In this document: positions 44,818-54,200 of the stretch, one piece after another
Layout: each line of letters opens with the position of its first letter
Position numbering within the stretch: the stretch's first letter is position 1
Assembly: GCA_017623475.1 (NCBI GenBank)
Contig: JAGAPC010000004.1
Span: 30 to 64,029 of the forward strand
DNA length: 64,000 nucleotides
Origin: Clostridia bacterium
GTDB lineage: Bacteria; Bacillota; Clostridia; Oscillospirales; UBA644
Direction: 5' to 3'
Position numbers and translations under genes: made by a program
Notes under the pieces: model-generated
The model's database searches: none
Told to the model about the DNA's origin: nothing
The model's input: only the letters and a program-made list of their open reading frames with translations

Positions 44818-45789
44818 TTCCGTTGGTCCTGCGTCCTTTTCGGAGATTGAAATAGAGTTCATCGCGTGATCAATTTGGGAATTCTTTAAATGGGTATAAA
44901 TCTGTGTCGTTCCGAGGTTCGAATGTCCTAAAATTTCTTGCAAAGCGCGAACGTCAACACCGCTTTGATACATCAAGGAAGCAGCCGTATGTCTCAGCTT
45001 GTGGACAGAATAAACCTTCGTATCGATGCCGCACCGCCTCATAAAGTCGTGCACCATCGTCTGAACCATCCGTTGGGAGATTCGATTTCCTTTTTGGCTG
45101 ATAAACAACGCTTCCGGATCTTGAATTCGAAATTGGTAGGTTTTTCGCTCGTCATAATACGCCTGAAGCGCAGCCATGCAAGCGTCATTCAAATACAAAA
45201 CTCGTTCTTTGTTGCCTTTTCCGAGAACCTTCATATGGCGCTCGGAAATGCTGGTATAATTCAATCCAACCAATTCGGAAAGTCGAATACCGCAATTCAA
45301 AAACAGCGTAATAATCGCAAGATTTCGGCACTTAAATCTTCCGTCAATGGAGTTCAAGAGATTAAAGCTTTCCTTAAACGTCAAATAATAGGGGAGTTTT
45401 TTATCAACCTTTGGAGAACGCAAATCTAACGTAGGATTTTCGGAAATCAGCTTTTGCGTGGCAAGATAACGATATAACCCCCGAAGGCTGGAAATTTTGC
45501 GCATCCGGGATCGGGCTGAATTTCCCATTTCTCCTTGTCGGAACGCTAAATATTCGTGGAGCTTTGCCAACGTAACGGACTTCAATTCTTCGATCGAATA
45601 ATCTGAGGCATCAATTTTGTCGAAGTCGTCGATCTTGACGTTGCCACCGGTCTTCAAATAGCGGAAAAAGGTCTTTAAATCCAAATAATACTCCCGCACA
45701 GTTAAAGGGGAGAGGGCTCGAACCACCTGCAAATCAAGCAAATAACGAACGCAATATTCGGGAACGTCCGTCATATCAGACATTTTCAT
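44815..45789 (-). CDS. Xer-type tyrosine site-specific recombinase
   Basis: Catalytic R (CGIRLSEL), HKLRHT and LGHSNLGTTQIYTH are intact. The start is set at the ATG at 45789. The TTG at 45852 and the ATG at 45840 lie upstream of or inside the predicted promoter. Confidence 0.78.
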   Translation of the reverse strand: MKMSDMTDVPEYCVRYLLDLQVVRALSPLTVREYYLDLKTFFRYLKTGGNVKIDDFDKIDASDYSIEELKSVTLAKLHEYLAFRQGEMGNSARSRMRKISSLRGLYRYLATQKLISENPTLDLRSPKVDKKLPYYLTFKESFNLLNSIDGRFKCRNLAIITLFLNCGIRLSELVGLNYTSISERHMKVLGKGNKERVLYLNDACMAALQAYYDERKTYQFRIQDPEALFISQKGNRISQRMVQTMVHDFMRRCGIDTKVYSVHKLRHTAASLMYQSGVDVRALQEILGHSNLGTTQIYTHLKNSQIDHAMNSISISEKDAGPTE

Positions 45790-45830
45790 ATATTCCGATT
45801 TCACATCAAACACCTCGCGATCTTTACCTA

Positions 45831-45859
45831 ATTGTAACATATTTATCGTCAAATGTCAA
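45831..45859 (-). promoter_or_regulatory. Sigma-A-type promoter (TTGACA-N17-TACAAT) of the recombinase gene
   Basis: On the minus strand, TTGACA at 45859-45854 and TACAAT at 45836-45831 with a 17-nt spacer. Confidence 0.6.
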
Positions 45860-45876
45860 ATATTTTGCGCAATTAT
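45860..45876. repeat. Half-site copy (ATATTTTGCGCAATTAT) of the 46464-46494 palindrome motif
   Basis: The 16-mer at 45861-45876 is identical to 46479-46494. The 14-mer at 45860-45873 is the reverse complement of 46464-46477. The copy abuts the -35 hexamer of the recombinase promoter. Confidence 0.9.
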
Positions 45877-46463
45877 ATTGTGACAAAATTGTGAATTCCA
45901 TTTTTGATTCTAATTTTAAACCAAAAGGGGGATTTTAGCATTTGCTGAAACATTTTAGGGAAACATAGGATATGTTTCAATCCGGGGAAGGTTACGTACC
46001 GCAAATCGATTATTATGAATAAATAATCATCAATCATAAAATAATACACTCAAAAAGAATAATTGTAGATTAAAACAATTTCTTGGTCAATAATCGATTA
46101 AATGGAAAAAAATAATAAAACATTTTCGTTTTATTTTTCCCGAAACAATACTTTGTATTGCCGAAATAAAATAAAACGATTTTAATTTGAGTAAAACCTG
46201 AAGATTGAAAGCTAAACATTAGCACCTAAATAAAAATGGTAACATAAACAAAAAAAATGAAGCAAAACTTTTTCACAATATATCGTTTTATTATTAAATA
46301 TTTTAAAATCATTCGGTTTAATATTTGATCGCCAGATCGCGGAATCTAATAAATAAGTAAACTCGCTATAGATCAGTTATTTAAATACTTTGATTAAAAG
46401 AAACCGATTAAAGGCGTCGTTTGAATCAATATCATGGAATCCACAATTTTACCCATCCTCCTT
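45877..46463. other. About 590-bp coding-free, strongly AT-rich segment
   Basis: There is no ORF of 60 codons or more on either strand. Composition is visibly far more AT-rich than the rest of the window. It contains only short A/T hairpins (for example 46113-46138) and one GC-richer patch at about 45930-46010. Confidence 0.85.
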
Positions 46464-46491
46464 ATTGCGCAAAATATCTATTTTGCGCAAT
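46464..46491. repeat. Perfect 28-bp palindrome ATTGCGCAAAA-TATCTA-TTTTGCGCAAT (dif-like 11+6+11 geometry)
   Basis: Read directly from the sequence. The arms at 46464-46474 and 46481-46491 are exact reverse complements, and symmetry extends to 13+2+13 with a central TC. Confidence 0.9.
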
Positions 46492-46523
46492 TATGTATTT
46501 CCCAAAAACCCCTGCCCTGCATT

Positions 46524-46555
46524 GAAAAAGTGCCGACAATTCGCGTCGGCACTTT
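46524..46555 (-). terminator. Rho-independent terminator of the GT2 gene
   Basis: 11-bp stem AAAGTGCCGAC / GTCGGCACTTT with a 7-nt loop, followed by TTTTT on the minus strand. Confidence 0.85.
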
Positions 46556-46559
46556 AATC

Positions 46560-47837
46560 TTATTGATTTTCGATATCTTCAATTTTCTTCGTAACGTTGT
46601 GAGCAATCGGATCCCATTTAACTTTTTTGAACAGCGCTGCGATGGCGATGGGAACGTACGTAAACATAAACAACGGGAACGTAAACAGATAGAGAATTTT
46701 CTTTCCTTTGGGGCAATCGATTCGCTTCCATTCGGTGATCGTGGTTAACAATCCTACAAGAAATACGGTAATGTAGAAATTAGAAACGGTTGTTCCCAGA
46801 GACGACAACGTAATGCCGATCAGATCTCCTCCGGCTGAACCCAGGAAGAGTGCGTAAATCAATATGCACAAATTGGTCAGACAACACGCCAGCGTAATAA
46901 ACAACGCAGGAAAAATCGTCATCGTAAGATCGTAACAGGAAAAACTGAAATTTATCAGCCAATTTCCAACCAGCTTCTTTCCGTACTGTCCGAAAACCTG
47001 GTAAAATCCTTTTGCCCAACGCATACGCTGACTCCAGGATTGGGCGAAGGTCGTCGGCTGCTCGTCATAAAATTCAGCATCCGCATACCCGATTTTTCGA
47101 CCGGTAACGGCACAGTCAACGGAGAATTCAATATCTTCCGTCAACAACGTATAGTGCCAGCCGTCGTTTTCCTTGAATACCTCTGCATTTACGAGGAATC
47201 CGGTCCCCGAAACGGCGCAGTTGGTATCCATCAGCATCCGGGAATTGTTCAGGTATTTACTTTCCCGCAGGAACCAAAGACTGTAACCGGCAGTAAGCCA
47301 ATTCGTACTGAAATTTTTACTGTTACGGTAGCTTGTAACGACGGAATAACCTTCATCAAAAATGGTATTCATCTTTGAAATGTAATTCTTGGAAAGAAGA
47401 TTGTCTGCATCGAAAATAAAGAAGCCTTCAATGTTTTCCGTGCCAAAGTCACGTTCAATACATTTGAGACCAAAATCAAGGGCGTACCCCTTCCCTACCT
47501 GATCCTGATTGAAACGCTCATAGACAACGGCACCGGCATCGCGGGCGACCTTTGCCGTATCGTCCGTACAGTTATCCGCAATAACAAAGATCCGAACCAA
47601 TTCCGAAGGATAGTCCTGCTGATGAATACTGTCGATTAAATGGGCGATTACGTTGGCTTCGTTTCGAGCTGCAATAATAAATCCGTATTTATGCTGCTTG
47701 ATGTTTTTGGGGTTCTTTCCTTTATGTTTACGGAAAAACGCTACTAAAATGTAAAACATCTGATAAGCATACAGCAACATGAAAACGATGAAAATCAGAG
47801 AGTTAAAGCTGCTGATAAAATCCTGTACGGTTATCAA
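46560..47837 (-). CDS. Integral-membrane processive family-2 glycosyltransferase (IcaA/PgaC/NodC/cellulose-synthase-like)
   Basis: 425 aa with GT-A motifs FIIAARNE and FIFDADN and the processivity motif QRMRWAKG (QxxRW). It has one N-terminal and about four C-terminal TM helices. The start is TTG. Confidence 0.82.
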   Translation of the reverse strand: MITVQDFISSFNSLIFIVFMLLYAYQMFYILVAFFRKHKGKNPKNIKQHKYGFIIAARNEANVIAHLIDSIHQQDYPSELVRIFVIADNCTDDTAKVARDAGAVVYERFNQDQVGKGYALDFGLKCIERDFGTENIEGFFIFDADNLLSKNYISKMNTIFDEGYSVVTSYRNSKNFSTNWLTAGYSLWFLRESKYLNNSRMLMDTNCAVSGTGFLVNAEVFKENDGWHYTLLTEDIEFSVDCAVTGRKIGYADAEFYDEQPTTFAQSWSQRMRWAKGFYQVFGQYGKKLVGNWLINFSFSCYDLTMTIFPALFITLACCLTNLCILIYALFLGSAGGDLIGITLSSLGTTVSNFYITVFLVGLLTTITEWKRIDCPKGKKILYLFTFPLFMFTYVPIAIAALFKKVKWDPIAHNVTKKIEDIENQ

Positions 47838-48014
47838 AAGAATTCATCCTTTCGTCGATATTTGCACTATTTTAACTTAACGCAAGTATTATACAATATT
47901 CTTTTGATTTATCTGTGTCATGAATGTAACTGCAAAGAAAAGAAAAACTATCGAAACCCTTAAACTTTACAAATATAGCAAAAATAAGACAAATATAATT
48001 TACAATTTGTTCGA

Positions 48015-49163
48015 TTATTCCAAGTCGGTGGGAATAGCGGAATAATATTCCATAGACGGTCTAACCTTCCATTGAGAAAGCAAATCATAATATTGCTCCT
48101 TCACGGAACGGTTTTCCTTTGCCACCTTTTTTGCCGAAATCAAGAGATTCTTCGGGGTATCGATCGGCGAACAAAATTCAACGCATCGGACCTCGTACCC
48201 TTCCGACTCTAATTTCATAGATCGCAAGCCGTCGGTGATCAGATCGTTCAGTCTTGCCCGAAAAACGCCGTGCTTGGTCAGTGGCTCAAAGGATTCGATT
48301 TTATACTGTTTCAACAGTTCTTTATGGCAACAGGGAACGCAGACGATACTCTCGGCGTGATGGCGTAACGCATAGCCCAGCGCCATATCGGTTGCGGTAT
48401 CGCAGGCGTGCAGAGAAACGACCACGTCGGGATGAAAATCACTTTCATAGGTGCGAAGATCTTCACAAATAAACTCCATATTCGTGTATCCAAGCTCTTG
48501 TGCGATTTTTTTACTTGCCTCAATTACTTTGGGTGAAATATCAATCCCCACGAAGTGAGCGCGGATCCGCTTTTCTTCCCACAAATAGTAATTGAGAACG
48601 AAGGAGAGATAAGATTTCCCGCAGGCGCAATCGACTACGGTAATATCGTTCTTGCCTTCAAATAAGTCGGAAATCAGCTCCAGGATGTGATTCGTCTGAT
48701 TGTATTTGCGAATCATGTCATTCCGTAATTTTCCGTCTTTATCGCAATATCCCAGCGCCGTCATCAGCTTGGACGCTTTCCGTAAATCAATCTGATATTC
48801 GCCTTTTGCGGAGGGCACGGAGACAACCTCGTTTGCCTCTTCCCTCTTCACGATTTTGACGTTACGACCGTCTGCATGAAGCTCGGTCGTAAGTCCGCGC
48901 TCCTTGTAACGAACGATGGCAGAATCATATTTCAGCAGGTCGTCCAACAGAAACTGAAGCGCTTGCGGAAGATCGGCAGCGTTCCGTTTTCCCGAAAAAC
49001 GATATTCAAATCCGTCTTCGATGCGAAGGATCTTTCCGGAGTAGGTTTTTCGTCCGGAAACAAAATCAAAGGTTACCTCTGCGAAGTATTCGCTTGCGGT
49101 ACGGTACCGTTCCGAAAATCCACCGAAAAACAGTTCAATTTTCGATTTTTGCTGCTGATTCAT
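48015..49163 (-). CDS. Class I SAM-dependent methyltransferase (about 382 aa)
   Basis: SAM motif I VVDCACGKSYL and a HACDTATD block. The ATG at 49163 is preceded by GGGGAG. The longer ORF from 49211 would run into the tRNA terminator. Confidence 0.78.
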   Translation of the reverse strand: MNQQQKSKIELFFGGFSERYRTASEYFAEVTFDFVSGRKTYSGKILRIEDGFEYRFSGKRNAADLPQALQFLLDDLLKYDSAIVRYKERGLTTELHADGRNVKIVKREEANEVVSVPSAKGEYQIDLRKASKLMTALGYCDKDGKLRNDMIRKYNQTNHILELISDLFEGKNDITVVDCACGKSYLSFVLNYYLWEEKRIRAHFVGIDISPKVIEASKKIAQELGYTNMEFICEDLRTYESDFHPDVVVSLHACDTATDMALGYALRHHAESIVCVPCCHKELLKQYKIESFEPLTKHGVFRARLNDLITDGLRSMKLESEGYEVRCVEFCSPIDTPKNLLISAKKVAKENRSVKEQYYDLLSQWKVRPSMEYYSAIPTDLE

Positions 49164-49190
49164 TCTGATCTCCCCTATTCTTTGGATAAC

Positions 49191-49219
49191 AAAAAAACCC
49201 TTGAAAATCAAGGGTTTTT
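49191..49219 (-). terminator. Bidirectional terminator downstream of tRNA-Thr
   Basis: Stem CCCTTGA / TCAAGGG flanked by an A7 run and a T6 run. Confidence 0.8.
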
Positions 49220-49295
49220 TGGAGCTGATGATCGGGATCGAACCGACGACCTCGTCCTTACCAAGGACGCACTCTACCGACTGAGCTACATCAGC
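49220..49295 (-). tRNA. tRNA-Thr(GGU), CCA encoded
   Basis: The reverse complement GCTGATGTAGCTCAGTCGGTAGAGTGCGTCCTTGGTAAGGACGAGGTCGTCGGTTCGATCCCGATCATCAGCTCCA folds into a canonical cloverleaf. The anticodon loop is TTGGTAA. Confidence 0.92.
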
Positions 49296-49307
49296 GATTA
49301 CTTGCCT

Positions 49308-49336
49308 ATTATAGCAAAAATTCTCCCCCTTGTCAA
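49308..49336 (-). promoter_or_regulatory. Sigma-A consensus promoter (TTGACA-N17-TATAAT) of tRNA-Thr
   Basis: On the minus strand, TTGACA at 49336-49331 and TATAAT at 49313-49308. The tRNA 5' end lies 13 nt downstream. Confidence 0.8.
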
Positions 49337-49364
49337 GAGCAATTTGAGAATTGTTGCAATTCCG

Positions 49365-50225
49365 TCACAAGTTTTTTTTCTTCGCCCATTTTTGCGCTGC
49401 GCGCAGGGTATTTTTCATCAACATCGTTATCGTCATAGGTCCGACTCCGCCCGGAACGGGAGTGATATAACCGACAACGGGCTCTGCGGTGGCGAAGTCA
49501 ACGTCGCCGACTAATTTCCCCTCTTCGTTGCGATTCATTCCCACGTCGATCACGACCGCCCCCGGCTTGATCATATCGCCGGTAATCAGCTCCGCCTTTC
49601 CGACGGCGGAAACCAAAATATCCGCATTTCTGGTATAATCTGCAAGGTTCGGGGTTCTCGAATGGCAAACGGTAACCGTTCCGTTTTCCTTCAATAAAAG
49701 CATCGCTTGGGGCTTACCGACGATATTACTCCGACCGACCACAACGCAGTTCTTCCCTTCCACGGACACGCCGGAGGAATGAATCAGCTCCATTACGCCG
49801 GCAGGAGTGCAGGGCAAAAATTCAAAATCGCCGATCATGATCTGCCCCACGTTGTAAGGATGAAACGCGTCAACGTCCTTATCGGGGTCAATATGATTGA
49901 TAATGTTTTTAAAATCAAGTCCCTTGGGAAGCGGTGCCTGGATCAGAATTCCATGGATTTTTTCCGAATGATTCAGGGTATCCACGAGATCTAAAATTTC
50001 CGCTTCGGAAATACTTGCGGGAAGATTGTATTGCTCGTGATAAAAGCCGATCTCCTCACACGCCTTCGTTTTATTGCGAACGTAAACCTTGGACGCCGGG
50101 TCTTCCCCAACCAAAATAACCGCAAGACCGGGGACGGTTCCTTGCTTTTTCATTTCTTCGGTTTTTTCTTTTAATTCGGCGCGAATGGTTTGCGCTAAAT
50201 TCGTTCCGCTTAAGATTTCAGCCAT
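49365..50225 (-). CDS. folD: Bifunctional methylenetetrahydrofolate dehydrogenase/cyclohydrolase
   Basis: 286 aa with VGEDPAS.VYV..K, VQLPLP-like IQAPLP and GRSNIVGKP motifs. Confidence 0.95.
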   Translation of the reverse strand: MAEILSGTNLAQTIRAELKEKTEEMKKQGTVPGLAVILVGEDPASKVYVRNKTKACEEIGFYHEQYNLPASISEAEILDLVDTLNHSEKIHGILIQAPLPKGLDFKNIINHIDPDKDVDAFHPYNVGQIMIGDFEFLPCTPAGVMELIHSSGVSVEGKNCVVVGRSNIVGKPQAMLLLKENGTVTVCHSRTPNLADYTRNADILVSAVGKAELITGDMIKPGAVVIDVGMNRNEEGKLVGDVDFATAEPVVGYITPVPGGVGPMTITMLMKNTLRAAQKWAKKKNL

Positions 50226-51144
50226 TTTCGTTCTCCTCCGTAATTTCCCGGGAAATATCCATAATTTCAGATTCCGATTCCTCGGAAGAATCTTCCTTTA
50301 ATTCCGTTTCAGGCGTTGTAAAAAGGGATTGATATGTTTTCTCTTTTTTAGTTTTCTTTTGTATTTTGTCGAAAATTTTCGTTCTTAAACCAATGAAAAA
50401 CATGATACCTGCTACGAAGAACAGTGCCGCAAGCAGTTGGGAAACACGAATTGAGCCAAGATACAAGCTATCGGTGCGAAGGCCTTCAATGAAGAATCTG
50501 CCCAATCCGTACCAGGCAAAATAGAGGGAAAATACTTCACCGTGATGCTTCATCCACTTCTTTGCAAAAATCAACAGTAAGACGAAACCGAAGATATTCC
50601 AGAGGGATTCGTACAAAAACGTGGGATGATACGGACCGTGACCGTTGATGGTCATCCCCCAAGGAAGATCCGTAATTTCGCCGTAGGCTTCCGCATTTAC
50701 GAAATTCCCCCAGCGACCGATTGCCTGACCGATTAAAAATCCAAAAGAACCAAGATCAAATAGGGCTAACAAATTTACCTTTTTGATCCTGCAATAAACA
50801 AAGCCGGTAACGAACGCGCCGATCACACCGCCGTATATGGCAAGACCGCCGTCGCGAATGTTTATCATTTCCCCAAAGGAATCATACTGATCCAATTTAA
50901 ACAGAACGTAGTACACCCTTGCGCAGATTACGGCAACGGGCAAACCGCACAAAAGAACGTCGAGAACGTTGTCGATGGTCAACCCGAATTTCGGGGCGTT
51001 CCACATACAGAACCCTACGGCAAGAATTAAGCCAAAGGTAATAATAACGGCATACCAATAAATGTCAAAATTGCCGATGGAAAATGCAATTCGATCCATC
51101 GAGAAAGAAATCCCCAGCTCCTCAAAGCAGATCTCGTTTTTCAT
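50218..51144 (-). CDS. lgt: Prolipoprotein diacylglyceryl transferase
   Basis: GRWGNFVNAEAYG and HPTFLYES motifs in a polytopic protein. It has an acidic C-terminal extension and overlaps the folD start by 8 nt. Confidence 0.9.
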   Translation of the reverse strand: MKNEICFEELGISFSMDRIAFSIGNFDIYWYAVIITFGLILAVGFCMWNAPKFGLTIDNVLDVLLCGLPVAVICARVYYVLFKLDQYDSFGEMINIRDGGLAIYGGVIGAFVTGFVYCRIKKVNLLALFDLGSFGFLIGQAIGRWGNFVNAEAYGEITDLPWGMTINGHGPYHPTFLYESLWNIFGFVLLLIFAKKWMKHHGEVFSLYFAWYGLGRFFIEGLRTDSLYLGSIRVSQLLAALFFVAGIMFFIGLRTKIFDKIQKKTKKEKTYQSLFTTPETELKEDSSEESESEIMDISREITEENENG

Positions 51145-51182
51145 AGAAACCTCACAATCGTTGATGTCAATATACTTTTGAT

Positions 51183-51211
51183 ATTATACCACTAAACCGG
51201 AGATTTGTCAA
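51183..51211 (-). promoter_or_regulatory. Sigma-A consensus promoter (TTGACA-N17-TATAAT) for lgt-folD
   Basis: On the minus strand, TTGACA at 51211-51206 and TATAAT at 51188-51183. Confidence 0.75.
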
Positions 51212-51244
51212 GAATTATCGTCAATTTCAAAGCATCAAAATTAT

Positions 51245-51269
51245 CGGGAGACACGCAAAATGCCTCCCG
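51245..51269 (-). terminator. Weak hairpin after the giant glucan-synthase gene
   Basis: 6-bp stem CGGGAG / CTCCCG with a 13-nt loop. The minus-strand tail is ATAATTTT. Confidence 0.4.
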
Positions 51270-51280
51270 GTGGGATAAAA

Positions 51281-54200
51281 TCATATAATTACGCTGATTT
51301 CATGAGATATTCCGCTTAGGACAACGCAATCCGTTTTGACGCCGTTCTCAAAGATTCCAACCTCCGTGCCTCGTTCTACGCGAATCTTCAAAAGATCCGA
51401 TTCTACGCGGAATTCCCCGTAATAGCCGTTCCAATCCTTCGGAAGATTCGGTCGAATAAAGACGCGGTTTCCGATTCGATGCAGTCCCAAAAGATCCTCG
51501 GTGACCGTTTTCAAATACCATCCGGCAGCGCCGGTGTAATGGGTCCAACCGCCGAACCCTTCGCGTCCGGGAAGCGTATAGACGTCAGCGGCAAGAACGT
51601 AGGGCTCTGCTCCGTAAGTGCGGACGTCCGCCGGGGTTTTACAGCGTGCCGCCGGGTTGATCCCCGACAGAATCTCCCATCCGCGCTCTACGCTCCCCGA
51701 TTGAATCAACGCCCTTGCAAACCAAATCCCCGCATGGGTATATTGTCCGCCGTTTTCTCGAACTCCGGGAGGATAATCCGCAATCGAGCCGGGAAATCCG
51801 TCTTTTTGCGGACGGTAAGGCGGGGATAAAAGCTTGATCAGTTTCAGATTCGGATCCCACAAGCGGCGGTACGCAGAATCCAATGCAAGGTCCGAATTCT
51901 TCTTATCCAATCTTGCAAATACGGAAAATGCCTGGGGAATTAAATCAATGGTCTCGTCTCCCCCAAAAGGATCTCCGCTATTTCGGAATCCCCGCAGATA
52001 TTTGTCCTTTGCGAAGGAGTGCTTTTCCAGGGCAGAACGAAGGGATTCTGCGTAAGAATTCAGTTCACAAACCTCCTCGTTTGTTCCCAAAGATTCGAAC
52101 AAGGGAAGAATTTTTTCAATACACGATAACGCAAACATGGTACCCCAGACCGTTTCTCCACCCCTTTCGACCCGATTCATTCCGTCGTTCCAATCCCCGG
52201 CGCCCATTAAAATCAACCCGTGCTGACCGAGTTTCATTCCGTAACGGATTGCATTGATCGCGTGCTTGTAAATGGAATGACGAAGCTCGGATTTTTCCGG
52301 GGTAAAATACCGATCCTGCTCCGAATCATTCAGCGGAGAAGCCTTTAAATACGGTACTTTTTTGCGGAAAAATTCCAAATCTTCGGTAATTTTGAAATAT
52401 TCGGCGCAGGCATACGCCAACCAGAAGGGATCGTCCGAAAATCGGGTGCGGATCCCATCGTCATTATGACCTCTTCGGGGATGCCACCAATGAAGAACGT
52501 CGCCCTCTTCAAATTGATGCGCACAGCACCGAAGGATCTGACGCTTTAAATACGAGGATTGAAAAACGGCAAGACAGAGTGCGTCCTGCAGCTGATCACG
52601 AAAACCGTAAGCTCCGCCCGGTTGACAGGAGCCGGTGCGACCAAAAATTCTGGACGAGAGAATTTGTTGCGTTAAAAATCCGTTGCAAAAAGCGTTAAAC
52701 TCCTTATCGGGGGTTTCAACTTTCAGATATTGCGTTGCACCGATTCCCGGTTTTTTCAATTCTTTCTGCAGACGCTGAGGTTCTGACAGAAGCTCTGCCA
52801 TTTTTCCTGCACTTTTAACTCCAAAACCGTAACCTAAAATGAAAACGGCGGATTTCCTTTCTTTCTCGGGACGAAAACGAAGCAGGTTTCCTTCCGCGGA
52901 TACCCCCACACCGAACAGGACGGCGTGGGCTTTTCCGTGAGAATCGTTTGCGGCGTTGTTAAAATAGATTTTTTGATCCTCCGTAAAGCGGGTAACGGTG
53001 CCCTTCTCTTCTTTTCCGAGAATCACGTAAGGCTCATACAAAATTTCGGGCATGGTGGGAAGATCCGTTTCAAGAGAAACGGTAATGATTTTTGCAGGAT
53101 AATTTTTCGGAACGAAAACCTCCGTGGAAATTTTATGACCAAGCAGTTCTATCCGGTAAATTACGCGGTCTGTCTGAAATTCCACCGCTGAATTTTTTAA
53201 AAGATCGTACTTTTTCCCTCGAATTACTGCGTAAAAGCGCTCACGGGAAAGCGCATATCCGAATCCGGCAGTTCGCGGCGTAATCCGATTCTCCGAGGCG
53301 TTTGGACCAAAGGTATAACCAAGACTCCGTTCCGTCAGAACCGTCCCAAACCGATTGTTTGCAAGAACCAGGCACCAGGGTCGAAGAAATTCTTTTTCCG
53401 ATTTCGGAATCAGATAGGATCGGTTCTTTCCAAAGCCGCCGCGACCTAATTTAAGGTGAATTTTTTCGGGGGCTGTCGGAATTCCTTCCGACTGAATCGG
53501 CCGAAAGGTACGGCTGGGATTCCGCAACTTCCACCCTCGTTCCAAATTGATAAACAGCCGACTGCATTTTTGAATCAGGAGATATTCGTCAACGGTACGG
53601 ACGTTTAAGGGAAAAATGCGAACTCGAACCGAATCCTCTATTTCGGAACAAAGGGCATCCAACGCGGTCTTTATCGGAGTTTGATATCCGTCTTCTTCTC
53701 GGTAAAGCAAAATCAGATCTACCGGAATTCCGGCGTAAGTCATTAAAAATACTGCCTTGATAAACGGAAATGCCCGTGAAACGCTTTCTTTTCCGATACG
53801 AACCGAAAGAATGGGATGATCCCCGGAAATTCCGTATTTCCAAAGGGTTTGCAGAGGCAGTGTATTTGTTGCCTTTTCTTCCGCCGCGTTTTTCACGGTC
53901 GGGACAGTGATCCGAGATGCGACCCGTTCAAAAATCATCCGATCTGCAGCACGGATATCCGTAGAATGACATAGGGCGTCGAAGGCTTGCTCATATCTCC
54001 TGCGAAGGGTATCAAAATTTTGAGAAACCACGTCTCGAATTCGGTCAATCGATTCCTGCTTCGTTTTTCCCGCAGAAAAATAAAAGCGAACCGTACCCGT
54101 TCCCCGCCCCCGCACGTTTAAAACGCCCCGTAAGATTAATGCAGGAAAAATCGGGTAAGAAACACATCCTTCCATTCGGCATCCGCCGAGGTCGGGAAAA

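Noticed and set aside
46394-46456. 20-codon hydrophobic mini-ORF (MGKIVDSMILIQTTPLIGFF) on the minus strand with AAGGAGG abutting the palindrome
   Set aside because: The SD ends directly at the ATG with zero spacing, no promoter is evident, and the ORF is too short to support from sequence alone. It might merit a look only if Ribo-seq data exist.
45877-46463. The AT-rich segment as a replication origin (oriC) or as a structured ncRNA gene
   Set aside because: Only a few weak DnaA-box-like 9-mers are present (for example AATCCACAA at about 46440), and there is no dnaA or dnaN nearby. Gene orientation converges here rather than diverging. The composition is too AT-rich and lacks the GC-paired helices expected for RNase P, tmRNA, SRP or 6S-type RNAs.
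45860-46477. Classical promoter inverton (phase-variable switch) flanked by the 14-nt inverted repeats
   Set aside because: Neither flanking gene is positioned to be switched. The GT2 gene ends at this side behind its own terminator, and the recombinase promoter lies outside the repeats. I kept it only as a minor alternative under the repeat finding.
46434-46748. 104-aa plus-strand ORF covering the palindrome, the GT2 terminator and the GT2 3' end
   Set aside because: It runs through a terminator hairpin and lies antisense to a well-supported gene. It has no SD and a junk-like sequence.
44784-49295. Bona fide tRNA-Thr-targeted genomic island with integrase
   Set aside because: I found no direct repeat of the tRNA-Thr 3' end near 44.8 kb. 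The recombinase is Xer-like rather than phage-integrase-like and lies distal to the tRNA. I retained this only as a weak possibility in the GT2 finding.
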